Positions 26,037 to 32,000 of a stretch of DNA of 32,000 nucleotides are shown piece by piece; the first letter of the stretch is position 1, and each line of letters opens with the position of its first letter. The position numbers and the translations under genes are program-made. The notes beneath the pieces are model-generated. The model was not told the origin of the DNA. It made no database searches and was given only the letters and a program-made list of their open reading frames with translations. The DNA lies in assembly GCA_045589295.1 (NCBI GenBank), contig JAZNOU010000001.1:19418-51417 (forward strand). Reading direction: 5' to 3'. Origin of the DNA: Clostridia bacterium (GTDB lineage Bacteria; Bacillota; Clostridia; RGIG6154).

Positions 26037-26075
26037 AAGTACGTTCCTTTCTTTTGTCCGTCAGTTATTCTTTTC

Positions 26076-26110
26076 AAATAGCCTTTGTAATTTCGTTACA
26101 AAGGCTATTT
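26076..26110 (-). other. Perfect 15-bp stem-loop in the glgD-glgA spacer (function unknown)
   Basis: AAATAGCCTTTGTAA (26076-26090) / TTACAAAGGCTATTT (26096-26110), 5-nt loop. On the transcribed (minus) strand only TTT follows the stem. Confidence 0.6.
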
Positions 26111-26153
26111 TATTATACTATTAGTAAGGTAAATGCATAAATATGCCAGAAAT

Positions 26154-27263
26154 TTATACAATTTTACCTTTGTTTATCATAAACGGCATTGTTTGAGTGC
26201 CCTTTAATGATTTCCCTGAGGTAATCAATACATCCGTATCGGTTATTACACATTCAACATCTGCGTTATCCTCAATAATTGTGCCTTGCATTATTATTGA
26301 ATTCTTAACAACCGCTCCGGCTTTAACTATTACATCACGGAAAATGATGCAGTTTTCAACAAGTCCATCAATCTTACAGCCATCAGCTACCAATGAATTT
26401 GTAACCTTAGCGTTTTCTCCATACATAGTAGGTACAGAGTCCTTAATTCTTGTAAGAATGGGATTTACGCCATGAAACAGTTCAAGACGAACATCCTTTT
26501 TAAGTAAATCCATATTGGTGTTGTAAAATTCTTCACATGTTTTAATCTGAGATGCATAGCCCTTAGCTTCAAAGCCATATATTTTGTACTCTCTAAAGCT
26601 ATTTGCAATAACATTCTTTTTTAAAGACTGCCAACCATATGTCATACCTTTCTCAATAAGGTTTACCAACAAGTCTGTTTTAAGCAAAATCATGTTAAGA
26701 AACATATTTTGAGGTGCTTCTTCTGAGGTTTTGTGATACATTACGTCAACAAGTCTTCCCTCTTCGTTTAAGCTCATCTGAAGTTCGACATCGGTAGTTA
26801 CCATATTTTTATAAACAAAGGAAATGTCCGCCTCATTATTCTCGTGGAATTCCATAAACTGCTTAAGGTCGATATTTGTTACAATATTGGCATCACTCAA
26901 TAAGCAATATTCATGACGTGTTGTTTTAATATAATCCATAACACTGTTTAATGCTTCTATTTTATTGGTAACAACACCTGTGCCACTCTGGAAAGGAGTC
27001 AAAAATTTAAGACCGCCGTTTTTTCGGTTTAAATCCCAATCTTTCCCCCAACCTACATGCTCAACTAAGGAATTATACTTATTTCTTGTTACAATCCCAA
27101 CATCATATATACCCGCCCCGACAAGAGCAGAAAGAATGAAATCTATAAGACGATATCTTCCGCCATAAGGAATGGAAGCTAAAGTTCTGTTATTAGCAAG
27201 AACATTAGTTTCTGAATTGTTATAATCATAGCTGTCAGCAAATAATATTGAAAAAGCATTCAT
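26154..27263 (-). CDS. glgD: Glucose-1-phosphate adenylyltransferase, regulatory subunit GlgD
   Basis: 369 aa. A GlgC paralogue lacking the GGxGxRL motif (LASIPYGGRYRLIDF retained), with a left-handed beta-helix C-terminus. Sits directly after glgC, as in Firmicutes glgBCDAP operons. Confidence 0.9.
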   Translation of the reverse strand: MNAFSILFADSYDYNNSETNVLANNRTLASIPYGGRYRLIDFILSALVGAGIYDVGIVTRNKYNSLVEHVGWGKDWDLNRKNGGLKFLTPFQSGTGVVTNKIEALNSVMDYIKTTRHEYCLLSDANIVTNIDLKQFMEFHENNEADISFVYKNMVTTDVELQMSLNEEGRLVDVMYHKTSEEAPQNMFLNMILLKTDLLVNLIEKGMTYGWQSLKKNVIANSFREYKIYGFEAKGYASQIKTCEEFYNTNMDLLKKDVRLELFHGVNPILTRIKDSVPTMYGENAKVTNSLVADGCKIDGLVENCIIFRDVIVKAGAVVKNSIIMQGTIIEDNADVECVITDTDVLITSGKSLKGTQTMPFMINKGKIV

Positions 27264-27275
27264 TATAATCCCCTC

Positions 27276-28487
27276 CTATTCTCTGCCACTGTCAGGCTCA
27301 ATCATTTCACCTGGTAACACTACCTGACCCGATTTTACACGAGCACCCTGACCTACAACTGTAATGCCCCATTTACCTTTGTCCCTATAATCCTCGGGAG
27401 CTGCACCTACAATTGCACCATCTTCAATAATAGCGTCGTCTGCTATTATTGCATATTTTACAACAGCATTTTTACCTACCTTGGTGTTACGCATAACAAC
27501 CGAATATTCAATTTGAGCATTTTCTTCAACCGTAACATCGGAAAATAAAATGGAATATTTAAGCTTTCCGTTAACATAACAACCCTCGGTTACCATAGAG
27601 TTGTCAATATCGGCAGATTTATCTATATAGTGAGGTGTTGTGATATTATGACGACAATATATTTTCCATAATGGGTCCCATATATTTATTGCAATACTTG
27701 GGGTAAGTAAATCCATATTGGCTTCCCACAAATTGTCAATAGTTCCTACATCTTTCCAGTATCCGTCAAATGGATAGGCATACATTTTTTGATTGTCGTT
27801 AAGCATTGCAGGTATTACATCCTTACCAAAGTCGTTTGATGTATTTTCTCCTTTTTCTTCGTCTAGGATAAGATATTCTTTTAACTTTGACCATTTAAAT
27901 ATGTATATTCCCATTGATGCTTTGTTGGATTTAGGCTCCTTTGGTTTTTCCTCAAATTCACTTATTGAGAGGTCCTCGTTAGTATTCATAATACCAAAGC
28001 TTGATGCTTGTTCAATGGGAACCTCCATAACAGCAATAGTTGCATCTGCATCCTTTTTTTTATGGAAGTCAAGCATCTTTGAATAATCCATTTTATACAC
28101 GTGATCGCCTGATAAAACAAGCACATATTCGGGGTCGTACTGCTCGATGAAGTTAATATTCTGATATATGGCATTTGCAGTTCCCTTATACCATGATGCT
28201 GAATTTCCTGTGTATGGAGGCAGAATATACACACCGCCATTCATTCGGTCCAAATCCCAGGGTTGACCATTTCCTATATAGGAATTTAACTCCAATGGTC
28301 TGTACTGAGTTAAAACTCCCACAGTATCAATTCCTGAATTTGAGCAATTGGATAAAGTGAAGTCAACAATCCTGTACTTGCCGCCAAAAGGAACTGCCGG
28401 TTTGGCACGTTCTTTTGTTAAAACGTACAGTCTGTTTCCCTGACCGCCTGCTAATAGCATGGCAATCATTTTTTTCTTTTTTGCCAT
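27276..28487 (-). CDS. glgC: Glucose-1-phosphate adenylyltransferase
   Basis: 403 aa. [41 protein letters not shown] is the canonical N-terminus. RBS AGGAGG. Confidence 0.95.
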   Translation of the reverse strand: MAKKKKMIAMLLAGGQGNRLYVLTKERAKPAVPFGGKYRIVDFTLSNCSNSGIDTVGVLTQYRPLELNSYIGNGQPWDLDRMNGGVYILPPYTGNSASWYKGTANAIYQNINFIEQYDPEYVLVLSGDHVYKMDYSKMLDFHKKKDADATIAVMEVPIEQASSFGIMNTNEDLSISEFEEKPKEPKSNKASMGIYIFKWSKLKEYLILDEEKGENTSNDFGKDVIPAMLNDNQKMYAYPFDGYWKDVGTIDNLWEANMDLLTPSIAINIWDPLWKIYCRHNITTPHYIDKSADIDNSMVTEGCYVNGKLKYSILFSDVTVEENAQIEYSVVMRNTKVGKNAVVKYAIIADDAIIEDGAIVGAAPEDYRDKGKWGITVVGQGARVKSGQVVLPGEMIEPDSGRE

Positions 28488-28509
28488 TACAAAAATACCT
28501 CCTGTTTAT

Positions 28510-30396
28510 TTATTTTTTTCTACCCGCTTTTTTGTAGAAGTACACCGTAGAAAATGCAGGTATATTAATTTCAATATACTGGTCTCTGCCATGTAGTTTT
28601 CCCTTTTGGGAACGCACTTTGCCGTTCGAGACATCCGTTCCACCAAATTCACTGCTGTCGGAAGAAAAAATTTCCTCATATACTCCGTTTAAAGGAACGC
28701 CTATTTTATAATTTTCTCTTGTTACACTTGAGAAATTTGAAACACAAAGGATATAGTTTTTACTTTTATCCATTCTTAAAAACGATATAATATTATTGGT
28801 ATTATCATCAAGAGCCGCCCAATCAAAACCATCCCAGCTATTATCAAGTTCCCATAAACACGTATTCTTCTTATACACTGAATTGAGCACCTTAATAAAG
28901 TTTTTAAGGTCATTATGACTTTTATATGATAAGAGGTTCCAGTCAAGCTCCTGTTCCTCATTCCATTCAATAAACTGACCAAATTCGGCACCCATAAACA
29001 TAAGTTTTTTACCGGGATGAGCAAACATATAACCAAGATATGCTCTTAAATTTGCAAATTTATCCTCGTACTCACCTGGCATTTTGGACAAAAGCGACTT
29101 TTTCCCATGGACAACCTCATCATGAGACAACGGAAGTACAAAATTTTCAGAAAATGCATAGGTTAAAGAAAAAGTCAAATTGTTATGAACGCCTTTCCTG
29201 AAGAAAGGATCCTGCTGCATATAGGTAAGAGAATCGTTCATCCATCCCATATTCCACTTATAGTTAAAACCAAGACCGCCCTCATCCACCGGATGAGTAA
29301 CCATAGGCCATGCGGTTGATTCCTCAGCAATCATCATAATGCCCTTATGGGCAGAAAAAACATACTTGTTGAGCTTTTTAATAAATTCAATGGCCTCGAT
29401 ATTTCCGTTTCCGCCATATTCATTTGGACGCCACTTACCGTCTTTTTTGCCATAATCAAGATAAAGCATAGAAGCAACTGCATCTACTCTCAATCCATCA
29501 ATATGATATTTTGAAAACCAAAAGCTTGCATTTGAAATAAGGAAAGACATAACCTCGTTTTTTCCGTAATCAAAAATTCTCGTTCCCCAGTCGGGATGCT
29601 CCCTTTTAAGCTCATCTTCATATTCATAAAGGTAGGTTCCATCAAATTCAAAAAGTCCAAATTCATCTTTCGGAAAATGAGCGGGTACCCAATCCAAAAT
29701 GACACCTATCCCGTTTTTATGGAGCCTGTTAACAAATTCCATAAACTCTTTTGGAGTACCATACCTTGATGTTGGTGCATAATATCCTGTAACCTGATAT
29801 CCCCAAGATTTATCATAAGGATATTCTGTAAGGGGCATAAGTTCTATATGAGTATAACCCATTTCTTTAATGTAAGGAATAAGTTCATCCGCCATTTTGA
29901 TATAGTCAAATGAATTTCCATCATCATATTTTCGCCATGACCCCATATGAAGCTCATAGATACTTACAGGTCTGCCGTAAGGTGCTTCCCTTTTATCCAT
30001 CCAACTTTTATCCGACCATTTAAAACCATCCAAATCATAAACCTTAGAACAGGTGCCCGGACGTGTCTCAGAATGAAAGGCATAAGGGTCAGCTTTATAA
30101 AGCTCCCTGCCATCATTGGTTACTATAAGATATTTGTAGGAGTCAAACTCGCTAACCCCTTTTATAATACATTCAAAAATGCCACCGTCTGTTATTCGAA
30201 AGGCCTTATGTGAATATTTTTCCCAATTGTTAAAAGAGCCTGTAACATAAACCTCTTTAGCGTGAGGAGCCCATACTCTGAAAACACATAAATCATCATA
30301 AAGGTGCGCCCCCATATAGTCATAGGCTGTATTGTTTGTCCCTTCGTGGAAAAGATATTCAGCAACTTTATTATCTTCGTTGATAACTTTTTTCAT
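28510..30396 (-). CDS. glgB: 1,4-alpha-glucan branching enzyme (GH13_9)
   Basis: Start moved to ATG 30396 (RBS GGAAGGTAGG). GH13 regions DWVPAHF, GLRVDAVASM, AEEST and SHDEV. About 628 aa. Confidence 0.95.
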   Translation of the reverse strand: MKKVINEDNKVAEYLFHEGTNNTAYDYMGAHLYDDLCVFRVWAPHAKEVYVTGSFNNWEKYSHKAFRITDGGIFECIIKGVSEFDSYKYLIVTNDGRELYKADPYAFHSETRPGTCSKVYDLDGFKWSDKSWMDKREAPYGRPVSIYELHMGSWRKYDDGNSFDYIKMADELIPYIKEMGYTHIELMPLTEYPYDKSWGYQVTGYYAPTSRYGTPKEFMEFVNRLHKNGIGVILDWVPAHFPKDEFGLFEFDGTYLYEYEDELKREHPDWGTRIFDYGKNEVMSFLISNASFWFSKYHIDGLRVDAVASMLYLDYGKKDGKWRPNEYGGNGNIEAIEFIKKLNKYVFSAHKGIMMIAEESTAWPMVTHPVDEGGLGFNYKWNMGWMNDSLTYMQQDPFFRKGVHNNLTFSLTYAFSENFVLPLSHDEVVHGKKSLLSKMPGEYEDKFANLRAYLGYMFAHPGKKLMFMGAEFGQFIEWNEEQELDWNLLSYKSHNDLKNFIKVLNSVYKKNTCLWELDNSWDGFDWAALDDNTNNIISFLRMDKSKNYILCVSNFSSVTRENYKIGVPLNGVYEEIFSSDSSEFGGTDVSNGKVRSQKGKLHGRDQYIEINIPAFSTVYFYKKAGRKK

Positions 30397-30435
30397 CACG
30401 TACCTACCTTCCCATAAATTACACACATAATTCTT

Positions 30436-30452
30436 ATTATATTCTAACACAT
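30436..30452 (-). promoter_or_regulatory. Candidate -10 region for the glg operon (overlapping TGtTAGAAT / TATAAT)
   Basis: Minus strand reads TGTGTTAGAATATAAT. TAGAAT is the complement of 30441-30446, with TG one nt upstream. TATAAT is the complement of 30436-30441. I saw no good -35. Confidence 0.35.
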
Positions 30453-30490
30453 TTTTTTGTATTTGTATATAGAAAACTTAAAATTTAAAC

Positions 30491-30519
30491 TTGACATTTT
30501 TAAATAATAATAGTATCCT
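30491..30519 (+). promoter_or_regulatory. Candidate promoter for the GH13 gene (TTGACA-17-TATCCT)
   Basis: TTGACA 30491-30496, 17-nt spacer, TATCCT 30514-30519. The -10 is weak. Confidence 0.3.
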
Positions 30520-30555
30520 AAATTGACATCTCAAACGCTAAAGGATGGTGAGCAA

Positions 30556-32000
30556 ATGAAACCGGTAATTTACAACGCAAGATATGAAGAATACAAATCC
30601 CCTTTCGGTGCAGTAAGCAGCGAAGCGGAGGTTACTTTTAACATAAAAGTAGCAGAAAATGTTACTCATACCAGTGTTTATTTTATTTACAGAGAAGATA
30701 CTTCAGATAAATCATATTACATTTTGATGAACAAGACCGACTGTAATTGCGGTTATCAAACTTATTCCTGCAAGACTTCATTTAATTCACCCGGTCTTTA
30801 TTTTTACCGTTTTGAGATAAAAAATAATGACATAACATATTTTGTAGGCAAAAAAGACAACAATGCTGCCATCGAAGACTGGCTTCCGGAATGGCAGCTT
30901 ACTGTTTTTGATAAAAATTTCAAAACTCCCGACTGGACTAAGGGGGCTTTAATGTATCAGATTTTTCCCGACCGTTTTAATAAAAGCGAAAGTTTTATTC
31001 CTCTTTCAGCCAAAAACGAAAGAAAAATTCATAAAAACTGGGATGAAATTCCCGAGTTTATTTATGATACCCCCGATTACAAAGCTAATGATTATTTTAT
31101 GGGAAATATAGACGGAATTATTGAAAAGCTCGATTATATCAAGGATTTAGGAGTCAACATTATTTATTTAAACCCCGTTTTTGAGAGTCCCGAATATCAT
31201 AGATACAGTACCGGAAATTACTTTAATATTGACCCTTATTTTGGAACAAATGATGATTTTAGCAGACTTTGTAAAGAAGCAGCAAAAAAAGGTATAAAGA
31301 TCATTTTAGATGGAGTTTTCAGCCACACAGGTGCGGACAGCATTTATTTTAATAAGTATAACCATTACGATTCAGTGGGTGCAGCAAATTCAAAAGACTC
31401 TCCGTACTATAACTGGTATTCATTTACAAATTATCCAGACAAGTATGAATGTTGGTGGGGTTTTGAAAACTTACCTAATGTTAATGAAAACCACCACGAT
31501 TACACCGAATATATTACAGGGAAAGACGGAGTTATAAGCTACTGGCATAATATGGGTGCATCAGGTTGGAGACTTGATGTAGCCGACGAGCTTCCCGACG
31601 AATTTATAGAAGCTTTATACAAAAGAGCAAAAGAAACAAACAAAGATAGTTTTATTATAGGTGAAGTGTGGGAAGATGCAACCAACAAATTTGCTTATGG
31701 CGTAAGAAGAAAATACCTGCTTGGCGGACAAATGGACAGCGTTATGAATTATCCTTTCAGAACGGCAATATTAGACTTTGTAAAAAACAGAAATTCTCGT
31801 CTTTTTGAAGACAGAATTTTTGAAATTCTTGAAAATTACCCGCCTCAGGTCACCGCATGCCTTATGAACAGCATTTCCACCCACGATACAGAAAGGGCAT
31901 TAACATTTTTAGGTGTCCAAAACAATGTACAGCCTGAAGATTACGGAAAATATATTCTATCACAAGAAGAATATCAAAGAGGTAAAAATGGACTGTTGCT
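30556..32000 (+). CDS. GH13 alpha-amylase-family glycosidase (neopullulanase/cyclomaltodextrinase-like), N-terminal ~481 codons; continues past window end
   Basis: ATG 30556 with RBS AAAGGATGG. My translation is open to 32000. GH13 regions are present: DGVFSHTG (I), GWRLDVADE (II), IIGEVWED (III) and STHDTER (IV). Not in the ORF track because there is no in-window stop. Confidence 0.9.
   Translation, partial: MKPVIYNARYEEYKSPFGAVSSEAEVTFNIKVAENVTHTSVYFIYREDTSDKSYYILMNKTDCNCGYQTYSCKTSFNSPGLYFYRFEIKNNDITYFVGKKDNNAAIEDWLPEWQLTVFDKNFKTPDWTKGALMYQIFPDRFNKSESFIPLSAKNERKIHKNWDEIPEFIYDTPDYKANDYFMGNIDGIIEKLDYIKDLGVNIIYLNPVFESPEYHRYSTGNYFNIDPYFGTNDDFSRLCKEAAKKGIKIILDGVFSHTGADSIYFNKYNHYDSVGAANSKDSPYYNWYSFTNYPDKYECWWGFENLPNVNENHHDYTEYITGKDGVISYWHNMGASGWRLDVADELPDEFIEALYKRAKETNKDSFIIGEVWEDATNKFAYGVRRKYLLGGQMDSVMNYPFRTAILDFVKNRNSRLFEDRIFEILENYPPQVTACLMNSISTHDTERALTFLGVQNNVQPEDYGKYILSQEEYQRGKNGLL

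Noticed and set aside
26086-26100. cre (CcpA) site reading of TGTAATTTCGTTACA in the glgD-glgA hairpin
   Set aside because: The cre consensus TGWAANCGNTNWCA is 14 nt with a central CG. This element is 15 nt, and the CG is off-centre, so the two halves cannot both be aligned. The flanking 10 nt of perfect complementarity point to an RNA or DNA hairpin rather than a cre box.
1-32000. Looked for CRISPR repeats, tRNA/rRNA genes, tandem repeats, integrases and known defence-gene signatures across the window
   Set aside because: No regularly spaced direct repeats, no cloverleaf-like or rRNA-like stretches, and no nuclease/helicase/methylase-type ORFs were seen. Every ORF over 100 aa on its supported strand has an ordinary housekeeping assignment, apart from the items listed as findings.

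Overview
This is a densely coding chromosomal segment from a low-GC Firmicute, probably Clostridia-like (AT-rich, AGGAGG-type ribosome binding sites, mecA/glgD/ugtP-type gene content). It is almost entirely core housekeeping and central metabolism. In order: a partial MATE exporter; a mecA-like adaptor; ppdK; a lipoprotein plus a small XRE regulator; a sugar-phosphate isomerase plus a LamG/stalk-domain envelope protein; ogg; and serC-serA-apt. Then follow a complete t6A tRNA-modification cluster (tsaE-tsaB-[dCMP deaminase]-tsaC/sua5-rimI-tsaD); a G5/3D cell-wall protein plus an RluD-family pseudouridine synthase; and a UgtP-like GT28 glycosyltransferase plus a TPR protein. Last is a full glycogen locus (glgB-glgC-glgD-glgA-glgP-malQ) with a divergent GH13 gene running off the 3' edge. 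Three real genes are missing from the ORF track: the two edge-truncated genes and a VOC-family ORF with no canonical start codon. I saw no rRNA, tRNA, CRISPR array, transposase, integrase or recognisable defence gene. I did not find a convincing novel multi-gene system. The most unusual stretch is a ~0.9 kb islet at 19.8-20.7 kb. It holds a VOC/glyoxalase ORF with ATT where the initiator ATG should be, a small 3-TM ORF, and an orphan VOC C-terminal fragment. The other observations are modest: an expanded t6A operon, an Ada-like Zn module on a lipoprotein, a 15-bp hairpin inside the glg operon, and a GC-rich palindrome. All promoter, terminator and domain calls come from reading the sequence by eye; no searches were run.
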